The notes: generated by a model from the letters alone, not told the origin. 64,000 nt of DNA from an uncultured Chloroflexia bacterium (GCA_963749705.1 CAVVNQ010000016.1:1-64000), one strand, 5' to 3'; counted from the first letter of the stretch, positions 19,112 to 29,800 are shown. Made by a program: numbers and translations.

Positions 19112-20443
19112 GTGCCCATCACCATCACCGAGGTCGTCGCCCTCGACGTCCGGTTCCCGACGTCCGATTCGCTTGACGGGTCGGACGCGCTGAACGAGCG
19201 TCCCGACTATTCGGCCACGTACGTGACGCTCACGACGTCCGGATCAGGCGGGCTCGAGGGCCACGGCATCGCGTTCACCACCGGCCGCGGCAACGAGCTC
19301 TGCGTCGCCGCCGTCGAGGCGCTCCGCCCGTTGATCGTCGGGCGCACCCTGGAGTCGATCGTCGACGACTTCTCCGGCTTCTGGTACGAGCTGGTCGGCG
19401 ACGGCCAGCTCCGCTGGGTCGGCCCCGAGAAGGGCGTCATCCACCTCGCCACCGCCGCCGTCGTCAATGCGATCTGGGACCTGTACGCGAAGGTCGAGGG
19501 CAAGCCGCTGTGGAAGCTGCTGGTCGACATGTCGCCCGAGGCGCTCGTTCGTGTCATCCCGTTTCGCTACATCACCGACGCGCTCACGCCCGATGACGCG
19601 CTGCGCATCCTGCGCGAGCTGGAGCCCACGCGCGCCGCGCGCGAGGCGGAGATGCGCGCCGACGGCTATCCCGCGTATACGACCTCGACCGGCTGGCTCG
19701 GGTATCCGGACGACAAGGTCCGCCGACTGTGTCGCGCGGGCGTCGCCGCCGGCTGGCGCCACTTCAAGATCAAGGTCGGTCTCGACCTGGCCGCGGACCT
19801 GCGCCGCGTCGCCATCGTGCGCGAGGAGATCGGCGACGAGCGGATCCTGATGGTCGACGCCAACCAGGCGTGGGACGTGGACCAGGCGATCGAGTGGATG
19901 CAGGCGCTCGCACCGGCACGACCGCTGTGGATCGAGGAGCCGACCAGTCCCGACGACATCCTGGGTCACGCCCGGATCGCCCGGGCGCTGGAGCCGCTGG
20001 GGATCCGCGTCGCCACCGGCGAGCACGCGCACAACCGGGTCATGTTCAAGCAGTTCCTGCAGGCCGACGCGATCGGGTTCTGCCAGATCGACAGCTGCCG
20101 CCTCGGCGGGGTGAACGAGGTGCTCGCCGTCCTGTTGCTGGCCGCGAAGTTCGACGTGCCCGTGTGCCCGCACGCGGGCGGGGTCGGGTTGTGCGAGCAC
20201 GTCCAGCACCTCGCGATGTTCGACTACGTCGCGGTCAGCGGCTCACTGGAGGAACGGGTCGTGGAGTACGTGGATCACCTGCACGAGCACTTCGTGACAC
20301 CGGCGATCGTGCGCGAGGGCCGATACCTCGCACCGACGGCGCCCGGCTACAGCATCACGATGCGGCCGGAGTCGCTGGAGCGGTTCGCGTTCCCTCACGG
20401 TGAGGCGTGGCGGCCGGCGGTCGGCTCGGGGTCCTCCCGATGA
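19112..20443 (+). CDS. fucD: L-fuconate dehydratase (enolase superfamily)
   Basis: DVRFPTS..LDGSDA..PDYSA, LRWVGPEKGVIHLATAAVVNAIWD, KIKVG, WIEEPTSPDD, ATGEH, VCPHAGGVGLCE. Confidence 0.92.
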   Translation: MPITITEVVALDVRFPTSDSLDGSDALNERPDYSATYVTLTTSGSGGLEGHGIAFTTGRGNELCVAAVEALRPLIVGRTLESIVDDFSGFWYELVGDGQLRWVGPEKGVIHLATAAVVNAIWDLYAKVEGKPLWKLLVDMSPEALVRVIPFRYITDALTPDDALRILRELEPTRAAREAEMRADGYPAYTTSTGWLGYPDDKVRRLCRAGVAAGWRHFKIKVGLDLAADLRRVAIVREEIGDERILMVDANQAWDVDQAIEWMQALAPARPLWIEEPTSPDDILGHARIARALEPLGIRVATGEHAHNRVMFKQFLQADAIGFCQIDSCRLGGVNEVLAVLLLAAKFDVPVCPHAGGVGLCEHVQHLAMFDYVAVSGSLEERVVEYVDHLHEHFVTPAIVREGRYLAPTAPGYSITMRPESLERFAFPHGEAWRPAVGSGSSR

Positions 20444-21213
20444 GCGGGCGACTCGCGGACAAGGTCAGCCTGATCACGGGCGCCGGATCTGGCATCGGGC
20501 GGGCGTCCGCGCTGCTGTTCGCGGCCGAGGGCTCGCGCGTCGCGGTCGCGGACATCGACCGTTCGGCCGCGCAGGAGACCACCCGCCTGATCACCGAGGC
20601 CGGCGGCATCGCGGCCGACTTCCGCGTCGACGTCACCGACCCGGAGGATGGTGAGCGGCTGGCCGCGGCGATCGTGGACCGGTTCGGGGCGATCGACGTG
20701 CTGTTCAACAACGCCGGCATCGCGGGCGTGGGCGTGCTCCACGAGACCTCGGTCGAGCTGTGGGACCGGGTGATGGCCGTCAACGTGCGCGGCGTGTTCC
20801 TGATCGCCCGGGCGGTCCTGCCGTCCATGATCGCCGCCGGTCGCGGCTCGATCATCAACATGTCGTCGACGATCGCCGAGATCGGCCTCGCCAACCGCGC
20901 CTCGTACGCCGCCTCCAAGGGCGCGGTCCTCGCCCTGACCCGCCAGATGCAGGCCGACTACGCCGCTCACGGGATCCGCGTCAACGCGTTGCTGCCCGGA
21001 ACGATCCACACCCCGTTCGTCGATCGCTACCTGGCGAGCAGCTACGACGATCCGGTCGCCGGCCTCGAGGTGCTCAAGAAGCGCCAGCTGACCGGCGACC
21101 TGGGGCGCCCGGAGGATGTCGCCGCGGCCGCACTGTTCCTGGCCTCGGACGAATCGCGGTTCGTGCTCGGTTCCGGCATGTTCGTGGACGGCGGCGTCCG
21201 GGGTGCCAAATGA
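20440..21213 (+). CDS. SDR oxidoreductase, probable 2-keto-3-deoxy-L-fuconate dehydrogenase
   Basis: TGAGSGIG, NNAG, NMSS, YAASK; operon context. Confidence 0.85.
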   Translation: MSGRLADKVSLITGAGSGIGRASALLFAAEGSRVAVADIDRSAAQETTRLITEAGGIAADFRVDVTDPEDGERLAAAIVDRFGAIDVLFNNAGIAGVGVLHETSVELWDRVMAVNVRGVFLIARAVLPSMIAAGRGSIINMSSTIAEIGLANRASYAASKGAVLALTRQMQADYAAHGIRVNALLPGTIHTPFVDRYLASSYDDPVAGLEVLKKRQLTGDLGRPEDVAAAALFLASDESRFVLGSGMFVDGGVRGAK

Positions 21214-21220
21214 CCGGTCC

Positions 21221-22093
21221 ATGCGGCTGCTGAGCCGGCTGGGCGCGGACGGCGATCGCCTCGCCGTGGTGACCCCGGACGGCGCGGTCGCCGACGCGGA
21301 TGACCTGCTCGGTCGCGGGCCGTGGACGATGCCCCGGCTGCTGGCGGACGTGGACGGGACGCTGGCGTCGCTCGCGGCGGCGATCGCAACGGGTCCCGGT
21401 GTGCCGACCCGGGCCCTGGCGGACGTGGTCCTCCTGCCGCCGGTCACGCGGCCGGGCAAGATCATTGCCGTCGGACGGAACTATCACGAGCACGCCGCCG
21501 AGGAGGGCAGCACGGCACCCGCCGACCCGGTCCTGTTCGCAAAGTTCCCCAATGCCCTCGTCGGCGACGGCGCCGACATCACCTGGCGCGCCACGGACAC
21601 CGCACAGGTCGACTACGAGGCCGAGCTTGCCGTGGTGATCGGCCGGACCGCGCGCGATGTCCCGGTCAACCGGGCGCTCGATCACGTCCTCGGGTATACC
21701 TGTCTCGATGACATCTCGGCTCGCGACCTGCAGTTCGGAGATGGCCAGTGGGTGCGCGGCAAGAGCCTCGATACGTTCTGCCCGCTTGGGCCGTGGATCG
21801 TCACCCGCGATGACCTGCCGGATCCGGGTGCGGCGCGCATCCGCTGCCTGGTGAACGGCGAGGTCCTCCAGGACGCCCGCACCTCCGAGATGGTCCACGA
21901 CGTCCCCCACCTGATCGCGTTCTGCTCGCGGTTCATGACCCTCGAGCCGGGCGACGTCATCGCGACCGGCACGCCGGGCGGCGTCGGCGTATTCCGTGAT
22001 CCGCCCCGGTTCCTGCGCGATGGCGACGAGGTCGTCGTGGACATCGAGGGCATCGGACGATTGACCAATCGCTGCCGCGTGGACGGCGACTGA
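21221..22093 (+). CDS. Fumarylacetoacetate hydrolase family protein (probable 2,4-diketo-3-deoxy-L-fuconate hydrolase)
   Basis: KIIAVGRNY..H, DYEAELAVVIG, ARDLQ, GKSLDTFCPLGP, GDVIATGTPGGVG. Confidence 0.9.
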   Translation: MRLLSRLGADGDRLAVVTPDGAVADADDLLGRGPWTMPRLLADVDGTLASLAAAIATGPGVPTRALADVVLLPPVTRPGKIIAVGRNYHEHAAEEGSTAPADPVLFAKFPNALVGDGADITWRATDTAQVDYEAELAVVIGRTARDVPVNRALDHVLGYTCLDDISARDLQFGDGQWVRGKSLDTFCPLGPWIVTRDDLPDPGAARIRCLVNGEVLQDARTSEMVHDVPHLIAFCSRFMTLEPGDVIATGTPGGVGVFRDPPRFLRDGDEVVVDIEGIGRLTNRCRVDGD

Positions 22094-22097
22094 GCCG

Positions 22098-23381
22098 GTG
22101 CCGGCCGGCGGCGACACGATCGACGTCAACCTCGCCTACGGGTCGACGGGCATGTCGGTCCGGCTGCCCGCTGCGGCCACGACCGTCATCACGCCACGAC
22201 GGCGCGAGGCGGCGCCCGACCCGCTCGCCACCCTCCGGGCCGCGATCGACGAGCCGGTTGCCGGGCCGCGGCTGCGCGACCTCGTGAGACCGGGGCAACG
22301 GGTGGCGATCTCGGTGTGCGACGTGACCCGGCCCCAGCCGCGGCCGCTGATGCTGCGGGCACTGATGGAGGTCCTCGACGGCGTGATCCGCCCGGAGGAC
22401 GTCGTCGTCATGATCGCCACCGGGACGCATCGCGCGTCGACGTCCGAGGAGCGGCGCGAGATGCTCGGCGACGACCTGATCGACACCTGGCGGGTCGTCG
22501 ATCACGACGCTCGCGATCGGGCGAGCCTGGTCGACCTGGGCATGGTCGATGACGTGCCCGTCCTGCTTGCGCGCGAGTGGGTCGAGGCGGATGTACGGAT
22601 CACCACCGGGTTCGTGGAGCCGCACTTCTTCGCGGGGTTCAGCGGCGGTCCGAAGATGGTCGCCCCGGGCCTGGCCGGGCTCGAGACCACGCTCGCGCTC
22701 CACAACGCCCGTCGGATCGGTCACCCGAAGGCGACCTGGGGCGTCATCGACGGGAACCCGGTCCATGACGCCGTTCGTGCGATCAGCGCCGCGACCGGTG
22801 TCGACTTCTCGCTGGACGTGCTGCTCAACGATGAGCAGCGGATCACCGGCGCCTTCGCGGGCAACACGCTGCCGATGCACGCCGCCGCCTGCGCCGCGGC
22901 GAGGCGCGAGGCGATGCGGCCCGTCCGGGCGCCGTTCGACGTCGTGATCACCACCAACAGCGGCTATCCGCTCGACCAGAACCTGTACCAGGCAGTCAAG
23001 GGGATGTCGGCCGCCGCCGAGATCGTGCGACCCGGTGGCACCATCATCTGCGCGGCGGAATGCCGGGATGGGCTGCCGGACCACGGTTCCTACGGCCAGC
23101 TGCTCCACCAGGGCCGGTCGCCGGCCGAGCTGCTCGAGCGGATCGCCGGCTCGCCGGTCACGATCCCCGACCAGTGGCAGGTCCAGATCCAGGCCCGCGT
23201 CCAGACCAGGGCCAACGTCCTGCTCCGGTGCGACGGCCTGACCGACGACGAGGTTCGTGCCGCCCATCTCGAGCCGATCGACGACGTCGGCGAAGCCGTC
23301 GCCCGCCTGGTGCGCCAGGACCCGCAGGCGAGGATCTGCGTCCTGCCAGAGGGGCCGCAGACGATCGCCTACGTGGCCTGA
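22098..23381 (+). CDS. larA: Nickel-pincer-dependent lactate racemase / alpha-hydroxyacid racemase, LarA family
   Basis: DVTRP, ATGTHR, EPHFFAGFSGGPK, LHN, DQNLYQAVK motifs. Confidence 0.9.
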   Translation: MPAGGDTIDVNLAYGSTGMSVRLPAAATTVITPRRREAAPDPLATLRAAIDEPVAGPRLRDLVRPGQRVAISVCDVTRPQPRPLMLRALMEVLDGVIRPEDVVVMIATGTHRASTSEERREMLGDDLIDTWRVVDHDARDRASLVDLGMVDDVPVLLAREWVEADVRITTGFVEPHFFAGFSGGPKMVAPGLAGLETTLALHNARRIGHPKATWGVIDGNPVHDAVRAISAATGVDFSLDVLLNDEQRITGAFAGNTLPMHAAACAAARREAMRPVRAPFDVVITTNSGYPLDQNLYQAVKGMSAAAEIVRPGGTIICAAECRDGLPDHGSYGQLLHQGRSPAELLERIAGSPVTIPDQWQVQIQARVQTRANVLLRCDGLTDDEVRAAHLEPIDDVGEAVARLVRQDPQARICVLPEGPQTIAYVA

Positions 23382-23542
23382 TCGCCCGGCGGTTTGACCG
23401 CGCGGCGTGTTCGAAATGGACTTGCAAGCGGGTTCCCGCGTCCCCCACACGCCTGCGCCTCCCCGACCGATGAAGGATGAGGGTCCGGCCGCTGCCCTCG
23501 TCCCAACTCCGAGGGCAGCGGCTGACGAGAAGGAGGTGTGTC

Positions 23543-23848
23543 ATGCCTGAGCTCGATACCGAGGCCCGGGATCGGCTGCGCAGCAGCCAGTTCGCCTACG
23601 TCGACTCGGACGGCGGGGAGCACCTGCCGATCAACGACGCGTCCCATGTCCGGAACGCCATGGCCCGGTTCAACCAGACCGAGTTCGAGAGCAAGGCGGC
23701 GAAGGAGCGGGCCCGGCGCAGGATCCTGGATGCGGCCGAGCGGTTCGACATCGAGGTCGACCCGGATGACAAGGTCGCCAGCCGAACCACCTCACTGCGG
23801 GCTGCGAGCACCAAGGCAGGCCCGCGTGGCGGGCGGAAGGACGACTGA
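23543..23848 (+). CDS. DUF6582-like small protein
   Basis: RDRLRSSQFAY....HLPINDASHVRNAMARFNQ...ARRRILDAA; AGGAGG RBS. Confidence 0.75.
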   Translation: MPELDTEARDRLRSSQFAYVDSDGGEHLPINDASHVRNAMARFNQTEFESKAAKERARRRILDAAERFDIEVDPDDKVASRTTSLRAASTKAGPRGGRKDD

Positions 23849-23898
23849 CCGGTCCTGGCGACTGACCGGTCACCGGCGCTCAGCCGGGTCGCGCAAGT

Positions 23899-23964
23899 CG
23901 TAATACAGACGCAACCTCCTGGGGGATCGCGTACGCGTGGGTGACGCCCCCGGCGGTGCATCAT
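23899..23964 (+). promoter_or_regulatory. Tandem-repeat activator site plus -10 box (candidate autoregulation of the response regulator)
   Basis: CGTAAT-N5-CGCAAC-N43-CATCAT; same geometry as 11 other sites in the window. Confidence 0.5.
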
Positions 23965-24034
23965 CAGGGGGGAGTTGCCCGACGCTGCGATCGGGCGCGC
24001 GCCCAAGGGGATCCAACTCGCACCAGGTGGCCGG

Positions 24035-24853
24035 ATGAAGAACCCGCTGCTCGTGCTCGTTGCGGACGACGAGCCGAGGATCACCAAGCTCGTCGCCATC
24101 ACCCTCGCGGACGAAGGGCTCCGGGTCATCACCGCCTCAGGCGGTGAGGAAGCCTTGGCGATGGCCGAGGAGTACCGCCCCGACATCGTGCTGCTGGACA
24201 TCGTCATGGCCGATCTCGACGGCATCGAGGTCATGAGCCAGCTGCGCGAGTTCCGGCCGGTGCCGGTGATCCTGCTGACGGCCAAGGGTTCGACGGCGGA
24301 CAAGGCCCGGGGCCTCGACCTCGGCGCCGACGACTACATCGCCAAGCCGTTCCACCCGGACGAGCTGGCCGCCCGGGTCCGCGCCGTGCTTCGCCGCTCG
24401 TCGGGCGTCACGGCCGGGCGCGGCGTCATCCACATCGGCGATATCGAGATCGACCTGGAGCGGCGGTTCATGACGCGTGGCGGCGAGCTGGTCCAGCTCT
24501 CGCGGACGGAGTGGCTGCTGCTCCAGCACCTGGCGACGAACGCCGGCAAGGTCGTCCTTCACACCGAGCTGCTGACCAAGGTCTGGGGGCCCGAGTATCG
24601 CGACGACATGCAGTACCTGCGCGTCTGGGTCAGCCGGATCCGGCGGAAGCTGGGGGCGGCACCCGGGGAGCCGGGCCCGATCACGACCTACCAGGGCATC
24701 GGCTACGTCCTCAACGTCGATCCGGAACCGGCCCTGGAGCCGCCGGCCGAGCAGAGCGACGCGAACGAGCAGAGCGACGCGAACGAGCATGTCGCCGCCG
24801 CGAACGAGCAGGTCCCGGCGGGCGCTTCCGCGGCCGCGGCAGCGGTCGATTGA
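24035..24853 (+). CDS. OmpR/PhoB (KdpE-like) response regulator with acidic repeat tail
   Basis: VADDE, LLDIVM, LTA, GADDYIAKPF, LLTKVWGPEY...YLRVWVSRIRRKL, GIGY. Confidence 0.93.
   Translation: MKNPLLVLVADDEPRITKLVAITLADEGLRVITASGGEEALAMAEEYRPDIVLLDIVMADLDGIEVMSQLREFRPVPVILLTAKGSTADKARGLDLGADDYIAKPFHPDELAARVRAVLRRSSGVTAGRGVIHIGDIEIDLERRFMTRGGELVQLSRTEWLLLQHLATNAGKVVLHTELLTKVWGPEYRDDMQYLRVWVSRIRRKLGAAPGEPGPITTYQGIGYVLNVDPEPALEPPAEQSDANEQSDANEHVAAANEQVPAGASAAAAAVD
24749..24810 (+). repeat. 18-bp tandem repeat encoding EQSDAN in the regulator tail
   Basis: gagcagagcgacgcgaac x2 plus a degenerate third copy. Confidence 0.85.
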
Positions 24854-24867
24854 GGAGGACGGGGGGG

Positions 24868-25482
24868 TTGAGAAGGGCTGGCAGTCGCCGGCGGATCCTG
24901 GTCGAGGCCGCCGTGCTGTTCTCCGATGGCGCCGCTGATCCCCATCCTGTCGCGGGCGCCTGCCTGGCGCTGGAGCGGCTGTCGTGGCTGGGCGAGCCGG
25001 TGATCCTGGTCGGCAGGGAGCTTGCCGGCAGGCGGCTGCCGGACGACTTGCAGGATCGGCTCGACTGGGTCCGTGCCAGCCTGGGTGGTCCCGAGCGCCT
25101 CATCGTCGCGATCGACGATGGAGCCGACCCGGATGACGGTGACCAGCCGGATCCGACCGAGCCCTGGGCCGGCCTGCAGGCGAAGTGGGACGCGGACACC
25201 CTCGTCACCTCGCGCCAGTCGAGCGTGGCGTCCGGGCGGCGCGCAGGCCTCACGGTCGTGTCCATCGGGCCTCGCGGGCCGGCTGCGAACCCGACCATGC
25301 CCCGGGCCGACATCGAGGCACTGGACCTCCTCGACGCGGCGCGGCAGCTGATCGCGGCCGACACCTTCGATGGACTCGCAGAGGTGGAGCCGGACGTGGA
25401 CCCCGCGCTGGTGTCAGTGGTCAGGCAATCTCCGGCGGACTCGGCGGATATGCTCGAGCGCGGTCAGCCAGGCGATCGTTGA
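24868..25482 (+). CDS. Hypothetical protein, degenerate HAD-fold-like
   Basis: GAGGAGG RBS plus TTG; 'P VAGA..ALERL', 'VASGRRAGLTVVSIG', 'ADIEALDLLDAARQL' resemble a HAD core, but there is no DxD motif. Confidence 0.6.
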   Translation: MRRAGSRRRILVEAAVLFSDGAADPHPVAGACLALERLSWLGEPVILVGRELAGRRLPDDLQDRLDWVRASLGGPERLIVAIDDGADPDDGDQPDPTEPWAGLQAKWDADTLVTSRQSSVASGRRAGLTVVSIGPRGPAANPTMPRADIEALDLLDAARQLIAADTFDGLAEVEPDVDPALVSVVRQSPADSADMLERGQPGDR

Positions 25483-26586
25483 CGCCGCAGACTGGTTCAG
25501 GCTGCAGCCCTGCGGCCCCAGCCCATCGCGACAGCCGCCCCGCTCCGGATCCGCGACCTCCACGTCAAGGTCGTTGGCGCCCAGGAACCAGCCGTACGCC
25601 CGCTCCATGTCGCGAAGGTGGTGACGGTCCCCTGTGGCCATGAACGCCGTCTCGGCCGCGAGCATGATGGATACGGGCTCGGCGGGCAGCTGGTCGAAGG
25701 TGGCACGCATCCCTCCCTGCGGCCACCAGCCGCCGTTGCCGATCGGTGACTGGTGCCCGCGCGGTGCGACGGCCGTGCGGACGAGCCACTCCAGGACGGC
25801 CAGGCCCATGTCGGCCATCCGCTGGTCGGCGATCCGGCGCCCGGCGACGATCAGCGCGCGGGCGCAGATCGCCGACTCCTGCGCCAGGACAGGCTCCGGC
25901 CAGGGCCAGTCGAGCGACCAGGCGACGCGCTCGAAGTGGTCCGCGAGCACGGGCACCAGGCGCCGCTCCGGTGCGGCGGCCTGGGACATGCCGCCCCGCC
26001 GGGCCGCGTCACAGCCGAGGAGTGCGGCAGATGAGGCGCGCAGCCCGGTCAGGCCGGCGGTCCACGACGAAGCCCGACCGAGCAGCTCGGCCGCCGACTG
26101 GCGGAACGCCCGATCCGGGCAGCGCCGGATCGCCTCTCCCAGTGCGAGGACCACGCGGCCGTGGGCGGCCTGGGCTGCCGGCGTGGCATCGTCCTCTGCT
26201 GCGTCGAGCCAGCCCCCTGCCCCGTCGCGCCGGTTGCGGAAGCGGCCCGTCTCGCCGGCCATCGAGACCTCGAGGTCGCGCAGCGACCGCCACGCCGACG
26301 CACGAACGGCACCCCAGCCGAGCGTCTCGGCGTGGAGCAGGTCGACCTCGAGCGCGCCGGCGATGTCCTCAGACCGCGAGCCCGGGGCCGAGTCGGTCGG
26401 CCGCGCCGTATGCGCGAGCCTGCCCGACGCGATCAGCCGGTCGAGGTGCGTCCGCTGGATCCCCTGCAACGGCGCGACGTCGCCGTTCGACCAGGTGAAG
26501 GGACCGGAGCGCGTGCGGAGCCACCCCGCCGGCGCTTGGCGCCGGTCAGCCGATCCGGCTGCGGAGCTGGCGCGAGAGAGGTGCAC
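25414..26586 (-). CDS. Stand-alone helical domain related to the C-terminal domain of GT4-fusion 'glycosyltransferases'; apparently degenerate
   Basis: WPWPE..L, PIGNGGW, FDQLPAE, AYGWFLGANDL...GGCRDGL...NQSAASTIAW; start codon uncertain. Confidence 0.7.
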   Translation of the reverse strand: MHLSRASSAAGSADRRQAPAGWLRTRSGPFTWSNGDVAPLQGIQRTHLDRLIASGRLAHTARPTDSAPGSRSEDIAGALEVDLLHAETLGWGAVRASAWRSLRDLEVSMAGETGRFRNRRDGAGGWLDAAEDDATPAAQAAHGRVVLALGEAIRRCPDRAFRQSAAELLGRASSWTAGLTGLRASSAALLGCDAARRGGMSQAAAPERRLVPVLADHFERVAWSLDWPWPEPVLAQESAICARALIVAGRRIADQRMADMGLAVLEWLVRTAVAPRGHQSPIGNGGWWPQGGMRATFDQLPAEPVSIMLAAETAFMATGDRHHLRDMERAYGWFLGANDLDVEVADPERGGCRDGLGPQGCSLNQSAASTIAWLTALEHIRRVRRRLPDH

Positions 26587-26834
26587 GGGTCAGGGGCAGC
26601 ACCGTGACCCGGGATGGTCACCGGGACGGGCATCGACTGGCCTGGCGCGGGTCTGGTTCATGCGTACACGATACGGAGATGCCATGACACCGGGGGTCGA
26701 CCCCGTCCATGGGCTGTCACAACGCCGTCGCAACGCACCGAATACGCGATCGTGCGTTCGATCCCTTTGCGTGATCCGCGTGCGATGCGCGTGAAGCCTT
26801 GACGCGGGACGGTCGGGGTGCCTCAATCGGACGG

Positions 26835-29800
26835 ATGCACGCTGAATCTGCCTCCTCCGAGGAACACGCGGTCGCCAACCAGCCGGCCACGCGCGGGCGG
26901 CGTTGGCTCCTGCGCGAGGAAGGCTGGTCTCCGACCGAGGATGGCCTGCGGTTCGCGGCGGCGATCGCGGTGGCGGCGTTGGCGATCGCCCTGAAATGGC
27001 TGGTCAACGCCGACACCGACGGCAACCTCGGGTACCTGAGCTACGTCTCCGCCGTCATCATGGCGGCGTGGATCGCGGGGTCGAGCGGGGGGCTGCTCGC
27101 GACGGCGGCGTGCTCGGCCGCCGACCTCCTGCTGTTCAGCAACACCGACGAGCTGCTGCCGCTGTCGTCGCTCGCCGCCCTCCAGCTTGCCGTGTTCGTT
27201 GCGAATGGCATCGTGCTGTCCATCATCACCTCGCGACTCCGCCGGGCGGTCGTGAGGGAGCAGGCAGCCCGTGAGGCCGGCGAGGCACAGCTCATCGTGC
27301 AGCAGCAGGGGCGTGCGGCCGCGGAGCGCGACCGGGCACGGCTGTCTCGCCTGCAGGCCGTGACGGCGAGCCTGGCGGGAGCCGCGACACCGGGGGAGGT
27401 TGCCGATGCGATCCTGGATCGCGGGCTGCGCGCCCTGGGTGCGCTGGCCGGCGTGGTGTTCCGGATCGACACGGATGCGGCGGACGCAACGGCGCTTGTC
27501 GTGCTCGCGTCACGAGGCTATCCGGATGGGGCCGGGGGGTCTGCCGGGCGGTTCAGCCCCGACGAGGGCGTGTACCTGCCGGAACCCCGGTCGCACGTGA
27601 GCGATGCCCTGGCCACTGGCAGGCCCATCTTTCTCGATGATCCCCGCGTGTGGGCCGAGAAGTATCCGGACACTCCGCCGTTCAGCCTGCCCGGCTCACC
27701 TGCCGGCGGCTCGATCGCCGTCCTGCCGTTGGGCGTCGCAGGCCGGATCGCCGGCGTCGTCGTGTTCCGGTTTGCGGCCCGTCGCAACTTCGCCGACGGA
27801 ACGGCTGACCTCGCGGTGCGGCTCGCGGACCAGGGCGCCGTGGCCCTCGACCGGGCGCTGGCGCGCCACCAGGAGCAGGTGGCGTTCCGCGCCGTCGAGC
27901 GAGCCGGGGTACGGCTCATGTTCGTCGCTCGGGCGAGCGAGCGGATCATGTCCGCGTCGAGCTTCACGGCCGGGGTGTCGTCGGTGCCGCGGGAGGCCGT
28001 GCCCGATCTCGCTGACTGGTGCCTGATCAACATGATCGACGCGGACCACCAGATCCTGGCGACGGCCGGGACCTCGGCGGCAACCGAGCGTGCCGTGGAG
28101 CACCTCGCGGTCGTGATCCAGTCCGACCTCGGTGTGGCGCTCGCCGGCGAGGACATCGCCGAACCGCAGATCATCAGCTTCGACGAGGGCTGGGCGCGGA
28201 GGCGCGACGACCCGAGGACGGCCGCCGTCATGTCGGAGCTGGGGACGGTGGTCGCGCTGATCGCGCCGATCCTGACCGCCCACGGCGACCGGCTGGGCTC
28301 GCTCGTGCTGGGCAGCAGCGCGCCCGACGCGTTCGGGCCGGACGACCTGGCCATGAGCCGCGACGTCGCGAACCGGATCTCGGTCGCCGCCGAGCGCACC
28401 CGGCTGTTCGCGGCGGTGACGCGTTTCAAGGCGAACGTGGATGCGAGTGCCGATGCGGTCTACATGTTCGACCCGCAGACCTTCCGTGTGACCTACGCGA
28501 ACCGCGGCGGCGCAGACCTCGCCGGGCTCGAGCCGGACGAGGTCGAGCAGGGGACCATCCTGGACCTGCTCGCCTCGTCGGACGAGGCGGCGTTCCGCCA
28601 GCGCCTGGCGGACCTTCGTGCGTCGCCCGGCCGGGTCCTCAGCTACACCGACGTGCTCGCCCAGCAGGGCGACCGGCAGATCCCGGTCGACGTCCTGCTC
28701 CAGGAGGTGATCCTCCCGGACGGGTCGCCGACGGCGATCCTGACGGCACGCGACATGACCGACCACATCGACGTCCAGGCCCGCCTGGCGCGGATCGCGG
28801 GCGACGAACGGCGACAGGCGGCCGAGCTGCGGGCCGTGATCCGGTCGATGGGTGACGGCGTGCTGGTCGTCGACGTCGAAGGCCGGATCACCCTCGCCAA
28901 CGAGGCCGCGTTCAACATTCTCGACGGCTCGGTGCCCGAGCGTCTCCGGGAGCTGGAGACATGGCTGGGCGTGGAGTGCGTTGCCGGCGACGGACGGTCC
29001 GATGGGACGGACGGGGCCGGCGGGGGTGACGCCGACGGGTCGGCCGAGCCGATCACGGTCCAACCTCGCGGCGGGCGCTGGCTCGAGGTTGCGACGTATG
29101 CGGCAGATCCTGCCGGAGCGCCGCTCGACGGGGGCCAGTCCGCGTCCCGGATCGTCGTGCTCCGCGACGTGACCCGCGTCCACGAGGCCGCCGCCGCGCA
29201 GGAGGCCTTCCTGGGCGTCCTGTCGCACGAGCTGCGGACGCCGATCACGACGATCTTCGGCTACGCAAAGGTGCTCCAGCGGCGCAGCCACGAGGACGAG
29301 CGGGAGACGATGCTGCGCCATATCGAGGTCGAGTCGGACCGCCTGTACCGGATCGTCGAGGACCTGCTCGCCCTGAGCCGGGTCGAAGGCGGGATCACGA
29401 TCGAGGGCGAGCCGCTGCTCATCCAGTACCTCATCGATCCCGTGATCAGCTCGGAGTCCGCCCGCTGGAGCGGGATCGAGTTCGAGGCCGACCTTCCGCT
29501 GAACCTGCCGGTCGTGTCGGGTGAGCGGACCTACGTCGAGCAGGTCCTGCGCAACCTCGTCGCCAACGCGGCCAAGTACAGCCGGGCCGGCACGTCGGTG
29601 ACCATCACGGCCGAGGCGACGCCGAGCGAGGTCCTGGTGCGCGTGCTCGACCGGGGCATCGGGATCGATGCCGACGAGGTCGATCGCCTGTTCCAGCTCT
29701 ACTACCGCTCGCCCGAGACGGCCCGCAAGACGGCGGGATCGGGCATCGGCCTGTACATCTGCCGAGGCCTGATCCATGCCATGGGCGGGCGGATCTGGGC

